This document shows, one piece after another, positions 13,864 through 28,029 of a DNA stretch of 64,000 bases (position 1 is its first letter; every line of letters begins with the position of its first letter). The translations under genes were made by a program, and so were the position numbers. The DNA is from Octopus sinensis (lineage: Eukaryota), in the NCBI RefSeq assembly GCF_006345805.1, contig NC_042999.1, forward strand, positions 15,934,001 to 15,998,000. Reading direction: 5' to 3'. Below the pieces are notes generated by a model. That model did not search any database and was not told where the DNA came from. It saw nothing but the letters and a program-made list of their open reading frames with translations.

Positions 13864-14137
13864 CTACTGGCAACACAAGGCCTCAAATTTTGGGGAAGGA
13901 ATTAAGTTGATTACCTCGACTCCAGTGCATAACTGGTACTTCCTTAATCGACCCCAAAAGGATAAAAAGCAAAGTCGACTGCAGCAGAATTTTAACGTTC
14001 CGAGTTCAAATTCTGCTGAGGATGACTTTGCCTTTCATCCTTATGGGGTCGATAAATTAAGCACCAGTTACATAATGGGGTCAATCTAACTGACTGGCCC
14101 CCTCCCAAAAATATTTCAGGCCTAGTATCTAGAGTAG
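13864..14137. mobile_element. Two family C SINE fragments head-to-head (fold-back)
   Basis: A minus fragment ending GCAGAATTT (~13998) abuts a plus fragment GAGTTCAAATTCTGCTGAGG... Confidence 0.7.
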
Positions 14138-14559
14138 AAAAGATTATAAGATTATAGTGACCCCACTATTTGACTGGTACTTTAGTTTATCTATTTTGAA
14201 AGAAAGAAAAGAGTTGACATTGGCAGGAGTTGAATGCTCTATGTTCAAGTCCAACCAAGGTCAACTTTGCCATTTGTCCTTCCTACAGTGATCAATAAAA
14301 TCAACTGCTCCTTCTTCTACAATAAAAAAAAAAAAGAGAGAACCCACACACATCTAAACTTGTGTCTATGTGGAAAATTATTATGAGAACTTACTGAAAG
14401 AAAACTAAGAACAGAATAAATAAAGTTTAACCCTATGGAACCAACAAATAGGCCAGCTGTAAATGATAATGTGAACATAGTAAAATGATTAAGGATATCA
14501 AAACAAGAAAAACTAGAGTTCTTTTAGTTAATGAGATGTTGAAAAAATCAGATTAGGCA

Positions 14560-15860
14560 GATATATCATATATCACTTGCTTAGGTTATCAAATAATGCA
14601 GAGAGGCGGTATCTTTAATAAGTGATATAGCTGAAACATTGACAACTGCTATGAAGCTAAAAGTAACTCAATAAAGAGAGGAAATTACAGGAACCGCAAG
14701 TTATGAAAGTGTGAGAAAGGTCTGTATCAAAGTTAGTGCAAGACAGAATAGTGCAAGTTGATTAACTTGCAAGTAGAGTACGGATATATCATTGTTAGTA
14801 AAACAAATAACTACGAGAGAATTTTCAACAAAGAATACCTCTATGCGGTAATTATTGATGTGAAAAAATGATAGTTTGTGGTACAGGGGAGAGTGAGGGT
14901 CCTTGAGAAGTCTTAAGTGTAAGTGAGTGGCTCATGACAACACTTCAGTCAACAAAGAGTGACCATATAAGCAAGATCAAGAGTCACAGAGAACTTGATG
15001 AAGAATTTAGCATGCAGATGTTCCTCTTGATCATAGACCTTAAGGTCAGTAATCTGGAATTCTCCAGACTGGTTTTCTCTGAAGATTTTAATACACCACT
15101 TGTTTATATAATAGAAGCAGTGACAGAGTAATAAACAAGGTTTATTTAGGAAAAGACTTAAATGTAGCAAAAACTACGGCACCAGTTTTTTTTTTGACAA
15201 AAGACCCAAAAGTTTAGAGTCATTTTGGAAATGGAATTGCTCATGACACCTTATTTAATGCAAGCAACATTGCAACAGTAGTACACTAGTGGCTGTTAGA
15301 AGAGTATCTGAAGAGTATTGAGATAGAGAGAATTTACTATTCAGGTGACTAGGTTGTAGTTCTAAAAAGTTTGCTATAAAGGCACTGTAATTAGTGAGAG
15401 TATCAATAAGTAACAAAAACAAAAGCAGTACGAAATATGTTTAGAAGGGCATTATGTTTGATACAGACTAAGGTTCTCAGCTTTTGTGTAAAAGGCAGAC
15501 TGTAAGAGATCTGCGTAAGAAATTTAATTGGGTATGAAAGTAACACACAAGCAATGAGTGTAAAAGACAAGGAACGTTTAGTAAACAATTATTGTAATCT
15601 ATTAGATATACAGTGTGAGTTTTCATGAAGGCCCAAGTAAAAGAGAATTAAGAAACTGTCTGTGCATCTTAAGGTTCAGACGATATATAAAGAAAATATT
15701 CTATGCTGGTATGATCATGTAATGTCAATGAATTATACAGGGTGTGTGCAAAATTGTTATACAGACACAAACTGAAGAATAGCTGGGTACAAGAGATAAT
15801 AAATTATTTGAGAATGCCAGAAATCACAGAAAGAAATTTGTTAAGGTGGAATCAAAATAA
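14560..15860 (+). mobile_element. Heavily degraded RTE-clade LINE remnant
   Basis: Fragments such as LSFCVKGRL.., and CTATGCTGGTATGATCATGTAATG (LCWYDHVM), resemble the RTE C-terminus. Confidence 0.45.
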
Positions 15861-16044
15861 CTGCAACCCCATCCAGTCTCTGTCAATGAGATAACAATAT
15901 ATTGAAAACTTTTCTCTGATACTCATGGTAAAATAGAAAGTTGATTTAAATTTAATAGCATCAACAATAATAATATTTCTGGTATAGGCACATCATTAGA
16001 AATTGAGCAAAGTGGGCAAGTCACACTCAATACATAACTAAAAA

Positions 16045-16190
16045 TTTATTTAACTGACTCTGGAAGGATGAATTGTAAAACTGTTCTCAGTGGGATTTGA
16101 ACCCAGAATGTAAAGATCTGGAGCAAATACTGCAAGGCATTTTGTCAGATGTTGTAAGGAACTTGCCAATCTACTGCCATCAGTCTCACT
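16045..16190 (-). mobile_element. Old family C SINE fragment
   Basis: GGATTTGAACCCAGAATGTAAAGA...AAATACTGCAAGGCATTTTGTC matches the family C head. Confidence 0.6.
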
Positions 16191-16464
16191 GACAATGATG
16201 ATGGCAGCAGCAGTGACAACAATAATAATTGTTAATAATAATAATGATAATAACAATAATTGAGCATGGATGTAAATAAGCAAATAAAGTAATACTGAGA
16301 AGAGAATAACAACAAAAATAAAGAAATAGTGACTTTTTGAGTACAATGATATTTATATTATAGACAATGATGTTAAGTATTAAACTACAAGCCATATCGT
16401 CATGAGTTCAGTATTACCAAAATTATGTTGCTGAAGAAAGCACAGTACTGCTTTTTTAGTTCAC

Positions 16465-16514
16465 CTGCTTGACATAAAACTTCTTGCACCACAAACCAAC
16501 ATGTGCCAACTTTT
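16465..16514 (-). CDS. Candidate 50-nt internal exon (KVGTCWFVVQEVLCQA-G or KLAHVGLWCKKFYVKQ)
   Basis: Acceptor CTGTTGTTTCAG|, donor CAG|GTGAAC. All three frames are open. Confidence 0.3.
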
Positions 16515-16784
16515 CTGAAACAACAGATTTTGTCAAATTAAACCCTACATCTTAGAAAATAATGACCATGGCTCTGGATTTACTCTGACTACAAAAAGAA
16601 TAAAATGGCTTGCAATGTCTTTGATTATTGGAATGCTCAACCAGGGCCAATATAATAACTCACTGCTTCACAATTGAGTGGTTAGCAGTAGGAAGAATAC
16701 CTTGTGTTAAAAACTAAAATTGCACTAACAAAAAATATAATATCTAATAATAAACAAAGAAAATGGGAATAAAATATATACTTT

Positions 16785-17135
16785 ATTTTATCAACCCTGA
16801 AAGGATAAAAGGCAAAATTGACCTTGACAGCATTTGAATTCAGAATGTAAAGAGTTGGAACAAATGCTGTAAAGCACTTTTCTGATAGTCTAATAATTCT
16901 GCCAGATTGTCTCCTTAGCAGTTATGAATTTTAGCACAAAGCCAGCAGTTTTGAGAGGACGAATTAGTCAGTACTAGTGACCATGGCACCTAACTTGTCC
17001 TTTATTTTATCAACCTTAAAGAACTAAAAGGCAAAGCTGACTTTGGTGTGATTTAAACTCAGAACATAAAGAGCTGGAACAAATATTGTAAAGCATTTCT
17101 TTTAATGCCTAATCATTCTGTTAGCTCACCTCCAC
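16785..17135 (-). mobile_element. Two tandem old family C SINE fragments
   Basis: TTTATCAACC...AAAGGCAAA...TTTGAATTCAGAATG...AAAGCA occurs twice. Confidence 0.65.
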
Positions 17136-18293
17136 CATCCTAATCTAACAGTAATAATAATAATTACATACTTTCATAATTATCTACTTAATAGTAAGTA
17201 CATTAGTTATAATAATGATAGCTAAAATTTATATGAAAAGTCTAAATAGATGCTATAATAGTTAATAAACAACTCATTTAAGTAGGACTAATGGTTTAAA
17301 ACATTCAGATCTTGACTAAAATATTTGCCATTATCCTCCTTTTAAATAATAATTTGCCAGAATCATTCAAATAAATTTTTATGTATTTCACATAAACTTT
17401 CTGATTTTCCTTGAAATGAAATCTAATTTTTATAAGTAAACATATCTAAAATTATACAATAAAGACTATATTAATATGTTGAATTATTTTCATTAGTTTC
17501 AAAACTGATATAGATTTTGTTCTTTCAATTGTAATGCTATTTCAAATATAATTAAGAGAATTAAGAAATATAATATGGGGTATTTAGCCAAGAAAGAAAA
17601 GACAAAAAAAAAAAGAAAACAAATTGAATAATTGCAGAACAAAAAGAACTCAAATTACTCAATGAAAAAATAAACTTATAAATTAGGTTTCATTCACTAA
17701 GCCCAATATTGTGTAACATTAAATAACTAAATGCTAGAATTAGTAGAAATGATTTTTAAGTAATATATACATATACTTCTTAAAATAGCAGAGGAAATAC
17801 AATATGAATGTCAATAAAGAATGTATGTTATTGATTGATGAGAATTATGCCATATAAAGAGGAAAATTTGTCTGGAAACGCCATTCAAAAAGTTCATACA
17901 AATATTTAATAAATGTTATTGATATAATTTTTTTTTCATCCACATACAATAGAAATTGATTAGTCATTTCCTAAAATGGAAATTTCAAGACTTCTCATCA
18001 AAACATACATATAACTCTTCACTTTGTTAATCTTTATGACTAGATTTCACAAAATAGAGATGAGAGTTATGCATAGACATCCATTAGTAGCTAAGTCTTC
18101 TTTATAAAAACATCTATACTATGATATTCCAAGTTAGTTAAAAAGTATTAAAGGTAAAATAAAGTGTAATTATATAACCTATTAGAATCTAGTGTTGTCA
18201 ATATTTTACTGCCAATTTTTAAGTAATTCTGGTATAGGATAGATAAGCTTAAAGTATTGGCATTCTTTCTGGTCCTGTGCTGGTTTGTCATAC

Positions 18294-18343
18294 CTATGCC
18301 AAGATACACTTCACCATCAATGCATGACATTTTTCCAACTTGT
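18294..18343 (-). CDS. Candidate 50-nt internal exon (QVGKMSCIDGEVYLGI-G)
   Basis: Acceptor AACGTTCTAG|, donor TAG|GTATGA. One frame is open without a stop (phase 2 to 1). Confidence 0.25.
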
Positions 18344-19150
18344 CTAGAACGTTAGAATTTGTCTTTCTTGGACATAGAAACAGAGACAGTTTAATGACTT
18401 CAGAAATAATTTTTGACAACCAAAATCATTGGAATGAAATAAAAAAAATCTAATCTGCAGAATTCATGAAATATATGAATATGAATAGAATTGTAATATA
18501 TTATCACAATGTGAAATGTGAAATTGCTGAAACATCAAAGATGATATCAAATTAGAACAGTATTCAAGAGGAACACACATGTCCAGAAGTATAATTCATG
18601 TAAGATCTACCAGAGATAGTTGAAATCAAATGTTCACATTTATCTTCCCATTGTAGTGGAAGAATTCTAAAGGTGAAACAAGTGGACCATTAGTTATCAG
18701 AACTAAAGAACAATGAAAAGATCTGTGCGCACACCCACAAACACACACACACACACACACACACACATGGCAACAAAGAAATAGAAGAAAATTTATGGAA
18801 TTTAAAATGGAAACTGCTATGTCGGGATATGAGTTTTGTAATAAATAAAGTAACACAGAAATATTAAATCACAGTAGTATAGATAATACTGAAAACCCAA
18901 CCAATAAGCCAAGTACAGAATTAATCCAATGCAGACGACTGTCTTGTAACTTTAAACAGATTTAAAATTCATATTTTCTTGTCATACTTATTATAAAATA
19001 GAATTACAACATGTGATGCAAGATTTTGTAAGCTTAGTTGTGATATAATATATATGTGTGTGTGTGTATGTATGTAGAGAGAGGAGAGAAAACAGGAGAC
19101 AAACTGACAGATACACAAACTATTTATATACATACATATACAGTTGTATG

Positions 19151-19198
<48 letters not shown>

Positions 19199-19236
19199 AA
19201 CATTCACACATGTATGCATAAATATTTTATATATAT

Positions 19237-19279
<43 letters not shown>

Positions 19280-20044
19280 TATCATTTGTTTTTACATCCA
19301 TATTTCCATGCTAGAATGCACTTGATGAATATATTATTAATGCATTGTATTACAGCTGCATGGCTTTCTTGGCACTAACCCTTACTGATCCTTCAAGCAA
19401 GAGATTTCTTATTCTGCTTCACTTTGAAGGTCCAAAACCAGCGAAGATTTTGTTAAGAGAAATTATGCCATTGTTGGTAGCGCGTTGGTTTTCAGAGAAG
19501 TGCGAATGTAAACAAACACAAACACACACATGGAATCATACATATACAAGTGAATACATGCATGCACACACACTCACCCACATACACACACATATTTTAG
19601 ATTCAATCTGCCAAACACACCCAGAAGTCTTTGGCTAGCTGTAGGACTATAGTAGAAGACACTTGCCCAAGGTGCTGTGCTGTGAGATGAAACCAAAACC
19701 ACACAACTGAGTGGAAAGCTCAACCACACAGACATGGCTGCACACACACACACACATCATCAGTGTATCATATGTCCGAAAAAGAAGCACACTCTAAAGT
19801 GTAGAGCAGTAGTGTATTTATAAGTAGTTAAGTCTATGTCCGGCCATAGAGTGACCAATGGTTTTGCATCCATAAAGGGCTTAACCCTATGGACAACTCG
19901 TTAGACTCTAATGAGGAAGAGCATATAGTTCTTCAAACTTCAGAAGTAGAAGTCCATTACGGTCAGTTAGTAAGTTAACAAACAATAAACAATCCTGGTT
20001 GGCAAGGACGAGTTATGTGTATGTATGTATGTATGTATGTATTG

Positions 20045-20275
20045 TGTGGTTAAAATAATTCCCAATCACATAGTCTTTGGTTCAGTCCCACTGCATGCAC
20101 CTTGGGCACATGGTTTCTATGATGGGCCCATGCCAACAAAAGCGTTATGAATAAATTGATAGACAGAAACTGAAACAATCCCAACATGTAAGTGTGTGTG
20201 TGTGTGTGTGTGTATTCTTGTCTTAACATTAGGTAATGGTTGTCTACAAGTCTCACCATCATAAAAGCAGAGTTA
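20045..20275 (+). mobile_element. CORE-type tRNA-derived SINE (octopus OR-like), decayed
   Basis: GGTTCAGTCCCACTGCATGCACCTTGGGCAC core, matching 58209-58575. Confidence 0.6.
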
Positions 20276-20494
20276 TTTGTTGCCAATTTTCTGTAAAAAA
20301 ACCCCAAAACAAACAAACAAACAAATAAGTATGTCTGGCTGTAAGGAAATATTACTTTGCTTGAAAACAGGTGAGGACTGACTACCTGGCCTTAGAAAAT
20401 CTGCCTCAAAGAATTTCATCTGAATTGTACAAGCATGGAAAAGTGGATGTTAAATCATTGATGATGACTGATGGTGATGATATCAACATCGTCA

Positions 20495-20830
20495 TTATCA
20501 TCATCATCATTTAGCATCTGTGTTTCATGTTGGCATGGGTTGGAGGGTTCAACAAGAGCTGGGGAACTAGAGGACTGTATATTAAGCTCCAATGCCTGCT
20601 TTGATATGGTTTCTTTGGCTGGATGCCCTTTCTAACACCAACCACTTTACAGAGTGTATTGAGTGCATCTAATGTGGCACCAGCACAAATAAGGTCAGCA
20701 AGTAACTCACATGACAAGACTCCCTTGAGTGAGGGAGGGAGTAGAGTTGAGGGAGAAGACTTTATGCCAGGTGATGATAGGCTAAAATATGATAGCAGGA
20801 GAACATGTCTTTAATTGTTGGGGAGATATA
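20495..20830 (-). mobile_element. Family A-related element
   Basis: (CAT)n tail, then CATGTTGGCATGGGTTGGA and GGATGCCCTTTCTAACACCAACCAC. Confidence 0.6.
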
Positions 20831-22815
20831 TAGTTGCCCCAGTTGGAAAAGAAAGAGGGTGGTGAAGATGTGTCGGATGTACCCTCAAGTTTACATAGAG
20901 GTGAATATGATAAAAGTGCTATTGGTGGGTAAGTAAATTCACAGAACTATGAAAGGATAGTGGATGGGTAGAGATGAGACAGAACAAAAAGAAGTGAATG
21001 GTGAACATGGGTGGACATACGGTCAATGATGATGACATATATAATGATACAAGTATCCCTTTGCCAGTAATCACCTTTTCCAATAATATACAAAGAGAAT
21101 TATTACCTACAAGCAATATTTGTAATCAATTTAGATCTTAGAATTAATTATATGAGTAAATTAGATTCAATTATATTGTATATTATCAAATATGGTCTAA
21201 TTCTTTTGTTGATTTGCTTGCAACCTATATTATACTAACTCTCATATGACTAAATTCTGTCTTAAATCATAAAAAGGAAAAAATTAAGGCACTTCTCTCT
21301 CTTTTTTGTTTTCTATAAGTACAATAGTTTATTTGTGTTGCTTCTTTTATTACAACTTGCTAATCATTTCACTAAGCATTCTGACTGAAACTATTAAAAT
21401 TACGCGCATTTGAGATTGTAAGACATTAAAAAATTTTCCCTTTCACAGATGTTAATGCATGTTTTATCATTTACATCATGCCAATGCTATACTTGCTAAC
21501 TCCTATGATAGATCAACATTCTATATCTCAATATCACTTTAACATGTTCTGTTTCTATTTGTGTATATGCAAGTGTAAAATCAATGAATGCACTCATATG
21601 CACCCAGTGCAAAGTATATTATGCATTAATGATTTGACACATCCATATACACAAAGCAGTTTGCAGATACAGATTTTCAAATTTTGTCTGAAATTTCCTA
21701 AGTTATATGCATATGTATTTAACTGTGTGCATTTTCAGTCTTATTTAAACTGTTATTGAATTCTATTGGAAATTATTGAATTAATATAACACACAATTTA
21801 ATATAAATATAAAATGTTATCGAATGGATGCTGGCAGAATCTTGAAGTTGCTATACGGTTATAAGAACATAAAAAAAAAAAATTGGAAATAAGTCTCAAT
21901 AAATAATTATTGGAAGAAATTTGAAAAGAATTTTTTGTGTTCATTTTTCACTGACAGTTTTTCATTAAATATCCATAATAATATTTTCTATATATTTAAA
22001 TTATATTTCCAATATTTCATTATTCATAAAAGTGGAGTAAAAAATAACACCTTGGCAATTAAAATGGATTCTCAAAGTACAGTCAAGAGCCCCTTACAAA
22101 TATTTTGTACATATAATCTTTCATTAACATAAGCTAACAAATACATTTCAAATAAAATAGTACCTAAACTTTTACAAATTCGGGTATACCCATACACTCA
22201 AATGCATACATATAGGAGAGCTAATTAATAGAGCCTCTTGGTATCTCTCACTTGCAAAGTCAGTGGTGACAAAAGACTCAATTGATTCCTATTCTGGTGT
22301 TCAATAAAATGGTCTTTTCTTATTAATAGCTTAATTTAAATCAAGCTCTAATGTTGGGAAATTAATGCATGCCACTGCTAGGAAGGTAGTACAAATGAAT
22401 TCAATGCCCCAGTGTTTTGTGATGCAACAGTGCTCATAACAAGGAAACATCTTTGACTGAACATTCAAAAATCTTATTTCATTGCAATCTGTCGATCCTT
22501 GATAAATGCTGTTGGATACAAATACTATAAATCAGTAAGATTGAATAGATTTCTAAGATTAGAAGAATAAAAATATAAATTCTAGAACAGAGAAAATAAA
22601 TTAAATTTCTCATTTGCCCACATCATGTAGGTATGAAATTATACCAATAAAATATTGCTATAATTATCAATACTATGCCCAGTGGACAAAATTCCTTAAC
22701 ATCTGTACTTTCAAAGATTGTAGTTGTAGCTATAATATAAACAAGAACTTAAATACTTGTTATAAGAAGTAAAAGAATAATAACTGATCAAATATTTTCT
22801 TTGGAAGACAAATGA

Positions 22816-23035
22816 CCCTTTCATTACCAACCCGGCTGAAACCAGCTCTGACTCTGAGTATAAATGTCTTGTTTTCATACATTCTGAATTAAAATCTTCC
22901 ACCAAAACTTAGTCACAATTTATGTTCCTAACATTAGCTTAATGATAACTAAGATATTTTACTAAATTCTTTGTTATATTTAAAGTGATTGAAAGAAACA
23001 CAAAGCATCTCAAAATAAATACAGTAACGAAAGGG
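22816..23035. mobile_element. piggyBac-type MITE (~220 bp)
   Basis: TIRs CCCTTTCATTAC/GTAACGAAAGGG, right flank TTAA, close match to 26666-26886. Confidence 0.8.
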
Positions 23036-26000
23036 TTAAACTAAATGGATGTTTTTACTTAGTGATTTAAAATGCAACTTCTTTCTATGACCCTATTTGC
23101 TATATGGTCCATAAATTCACTAATAGCAAATACAGATGCTTACATCCAGTTTGTAGACTGAAAAACAATTCCAAGAAAACTTTTTTTTAGCTTCTTTACA
23201 CAAAAGATATTTAAACTTACTTGCTAGTGAATAAAAAAGTTTAGTTAACCCTTCTATATACTGAGTTAAAATTCTGCCAGGGTCAACTCTGCCCAGAGCC
23301 AGCTGGAGTTACTGCAAGATGGGCAGTCGATGGGAACACCACATCATGCTTAATGTATTCCCAATGCAATAAGAAAATGTAAAAATAACAAATAAAATAT
23401 AAACAAAATTACTTGAGTAGTGACAAGCTTATTCTAAAATGCATGGGAGTTGCAGGGGCATGACTCCTGTTAAACATAAGGAAATTCATTCGATTTTCAA
23501 GAAGAAAGTGCTAATTAAAGATAGAGTGTCAATTACATGATACTTTCTAAGTCCTTAATTATAGTAGATAATTGGTAGTTCATGGTTTTAGACAGCAATC
23601 TCAAAGTTTATCAAGTAATACATTTGGTCAAGAACTCAAAGAAAAGAAGTATTCATCATCATCCTTGTTCGACCGTGGTCGAGACAATAAATTCCATAGT
23701 CTTTTCAAATGGCTAATAATGTGTGCGCGCGTCACTACTACACACATTGGAAAGCATTGTACAACCAAGTACTAAAGAAGATCTTTCCTCCTCCATGAAA
23801 CAAAGCTGTTCCCGCTGGACGTCAACCCAGTATTTCTAAGCTACGGACCGAGTGATTTATTGTAAGGTTATCTCCCTAGATAGATAGCATTCACTACGGC
23901 TAAGGAGCCCTTTCTACCCCACTGACACAGGTTGTACTGGTTTACAGTTTACCAATAGTAGGATCTGATGCTGCATACTACAGCTTTGATCATGAATCAT
24001 GAGGTAAAAGAAACAGAACAGACCAGTCGTAATCAGCGAACTCAGAGGGTTGCAAGTGCAATACTACCACACTAACAATCAAGGTGTATTTAATCTTAGC
24101 TATAGTGGCCCTTCTTATTTCAGCATATGTCTTTCTGTTCTTTACAAGCAGGAAGCCAGATCAGTTGTCAAGATTCAAGAGTAGGGGCTGCATTGGCTAA
24201 GCACCAAAGCCTCAGCTCTTAAGTTATAAAATGCCATAGCAAATCTGTGTGTTTTTAGTAAACTGAAGCTTGTAAAGATATATTTATATTCGTCCATGAT
24301 ACAAGACAAGACATTGCCAATAGAAAATAGTATTGTAGTAGAAAAGGTGCAAGAAGAAAGTACAATGAAAACATTTGCAGATATAAAATTGAAAAAACGA
24401 AAATATTATCCATATCTGTTCTTCTGGTCATATTCTTAAATTTGTTAGAAAACTTTACAGCCAATCAATGGTACCCTTCTAACTTTCTCTTTCACCTACC
24501 TATCATCCACACAGCTTTGTAATAAAAATGTGCCAAGATCATTGCCATTAATGTAGATACAGTCTTCATACCCCTTCTCCACTCACTCCATCTCTTTCCA
24601 TTAATCAAATTAACTTAGATTTATAACTTAGATGCTGTGTTTGAACTGTTCTCTTTAGCTTGTATATATCGAACACTTTATTCATACATTAGCAGTTTTA
24701 TCACCAAGAAAAATTTTTAAAGATTGTTTGAGCAAAGCCCAATGTCTTTCAAATTTAGGGGATCAATGAATTAAATATCAGTACTGTAATGAGGTCAATC
24801 ATTTTAATCTCCTTATAAAATTTGTATCCTTTTGGTAATGTAAAATCAAAGTTGTCAAAGAAAACTATTTATGTAATAGGCTGTCAAAATCTTAGAGATG
24901 ACAGAAAGAACAGAATTTGTTACATCATTCAATTACATGGTGTTTAGAAACAGTTTTTCTCAATTTGGTGTCACTTCAAAATCTAATAGAAAACATTTTC
25001 ACAGAGCAAGACAAAATTTCATGATCTGAAGTAAATGAGGTCAAAGCTTCACACATTTGAAATTGCTATATTTATGTAACACCACTGAGTCTGTAATTTG
25101 CAATAACTTTCACATCAGTAGCACTTATGTTTGTTATAGAAAATTGGAAACATGATTTTAAATTAACTTTAACAGTTTTAATATAGGTATTGTTTTCAAG
25201 TTTAATTTCAAATTTGTTAAAATATTTAACTTTCTAATTATTGGTTTGTTTATCAAGGTGTTACCTCATTCTTGTCTGGTTGATTCATCTCTGAAGCTTT
25301 GATAAATTTCATAGCTTGACAAAATATTTGTTAAAAAAGAAACGAGGCAACAGCATGAATATAAGTCAACCACTTCCAATGAGAATAGATTTCATTTGAA
25401 TGAACAATGCAATTTTGTTTTCTTGGCAAAAGATTAGATGCCAACAAATGTATGAACAAAATATTGACACCAAACACGTTAACAAGAGAACCTTTTTCAA
25501 CTTGATTTAAAAGTTATTGGTAAGTGATAGCTATCTACATATTTATCCAGGTTCAGTTGACCTTGAGTTTAAATTTTTAACCATAAAATCAATAAAATTC
25601 AGATATGCAGTTTTTAAGATAAACATTGGCATGAATTCAAAACGTTGTCTAAAATTTTGTTCTTCTGCGATTTGTTCCTCAAATAATAGCAATTAACTCT
25701 GCCATTTTGATTTATGAGGAAGTTCTTCAGGATGTGGAGAATTCTGATATCAAGTTATCTCTGTCATATTCTATTTCTGATTTCACTCATATGGAATGTT
25801 TTGATTAATAGGCTCCTTCTCTTACGAAATTGGTTACAAATCTGTCATTTGAATTTATTATCAGTGTTAAAAAGGTTATGATATAACTGCTTAGAAGAGC
25901 TAGCTTCAATTATGTTGTATTTCACTTTTAGAAACTGATTTCTAATTGAAGCTTCATGAGTAAATTAGCTTACTGTGGTTAAGGTAACGTGGTTGTTAAT

Positions 26001-26665
26001 AATCGCATGCTAACTTAATTCAAGGGCAGCTGTAGATACTGATCTTAGAGCAATTTTGAATTGATATCTTCTGCTATTCTTTATCACTAATATATATTCT
26101 GTTAGACATTCTAACATATGACTACTAACATTCTTTATCTTATCATGAAATAATTTCATCCTTTCCTCAAAGGGAGATCAATTTGTTATTCAATCTTAAA
26201 GTACTATGCAGTAGAACACAGTTTTAGTTCATTTCATATTCAACATTTACTAATATTTATCTGATGTTTGTTTTTCCATTTCTTAAGATTTACTGATACC
26301 TTTTAGTTTTATATTTCATCCCCCTTGCAAAGCGATATGACTAGCTAATAGTCTCAATGCTAATATATGAATAAATTATTATATATCTTTATGTCCCATG
26401 GGTATAAATACAAAAATCATAATACTTTGTTATGAATCTCTACAAAAAAATGTTTTCTTATGAATTCTAAATATCTTTTGCAAAGCTTTTACAAATTCAG
26501 TGGCATTTTGTACATTTTGCATATTTCAAGACTGAGAGATATCTGGTAGTCCTGGACAAAACATTGAACAACATTCAGTAGTGAAACTCCAGCTCATGTG
26601 TTCAGGTCTGTTCTGATCCAGGTTAGTACTTGTTAAAAATTATGTATCAAGTTGCACTTGATTAA

Positions 26666-26886
26666 CCCTTTTGTTACTAACCCGGCCAAAACCGGCTCTG
26701 GCTCTGTGGTAAAATGTCTTGTTTTCATAAGTTTCGAATTAAAATCTTCCACCAAACCTTAGTCACAATTTACGTTCCTAACACTAGCTTAATGGTAACT
26801 AAGTTATTTTACTAAATTCTTTTGTTATATTTAAAGTAATTGAAAGAAACACAGAGCATCTCAAAATAAATACAGTAACGAAAGGG
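26666..26886. mobile_element. piggyBac-type MITE (221 bp) with TTAA TSD
   Basis: TTAA|CCCTTTTGTTAC...GTAACGAAAGGG|TTAA. Confidence 0.85.
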
Positions 26887-27539
26887 TTAAGTTGATACAG
26901 GATTTTGAAGGACTGGCCTTTAGCCATGTCACAAAGGCTTGTTAAATGTCTAAGTTGCACTCGACTTAGTTAATATAAGATTTAGATGGACTGGCTTTTA
27001 GCCATGTGTCAAAAAGCCCACTAGTCTGTGAACATGCCTTGATATCATTTAAACCAGTCCCACAGCCTAAAGGTTAAAAAGGCCATGTGCCTCAAATGTA
27101 AGCTTGGGATTGGAGGAGAATAGACAATGGGAAAACACTGGGAAAATCATGAATTTTCGTGCTCTGGCATGAATGTCCATGATTGCTGACACCTGCAGGA
27201 AAAGCACATGGAGAGAAAGAGAAAGAAAAAACTGGAGATACAGTTGGATTCAATCAATTTCCATGTGCTTTAAGGAGAAAATAATTATATTCTGATTAAT
27301 TCCAAAACTGATGTTTAATTTTTTATAGATTATCAGTAGATCAAAGATTATTAAATGATGCATTCAAAACTTCACTGGTTTAATGATTTCCATTTATCCA
27401 CTTTGGTGAATACATTCAAATATAATACTGAGGATGGGCAACTTGTTTGAGCAGAAGCATGCATCAGCTTGAGATGCCATCATTTTTAAATGTTTTAAAT
27501 ACATGGTTACTATTTGTCCATGATGATGATTATACATAG

Positions 27540-27700
27540 ACAGGGTGTGGTGAATAAACTGTCATCTAAATTATGCAAAAATGAAAATAACACTGACATC
27601 TCATTTTAATAGATATATTGACATAAAAAATATCTTGAAATAGTAAAGAGTAAATTTATTCAATAAAATTGCCATTGGCTTCAACCACTGCCTCCAGTAT
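27540..27700 (-). mobile_element. Tc1/mariner (maT-like) 3' end remnant
   Basis: CAGGGTGTGG TIR-like end. The minus strand encodes LEAVVEANGNF, a typical transposase C-terminus. Confidence 0.55.
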
Positions 27701-28029
27701 CATAGAAGTTGGGGTGGAACAATTGCAGCTCAGCCCTCTTACAACCACAGTAGCTGGGGTAACAGTGTCTTAGAGGGTTGAATGAGGGATTGGTGTAACA
27801 AAAACTAGCTGCTGGAAAGGCTTGTGAAGTACAGATTAAATGCTGAGACAAAGACGCTAATGATATGCTTTTAGGACCTCATTTTTGCTGAAGTCTTCTT
27901 AAAATCAATAAATTACAATTCATCTCAGTCCTTTATTATTTCCTCCACAAGGCTCAATAACCTAAGATTGGTCATCACTGCATCATCCATATCTTCCTAG
28001 ATCTCCTTCTTCCACTAGTTCCAGCCTCA

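Noticed and set aside
25200-26240. Possible degraded hAT-like transposase on the minus strand
   Set aside because: Only a vague DEST-like fragment among many stops, and no TIRs found.
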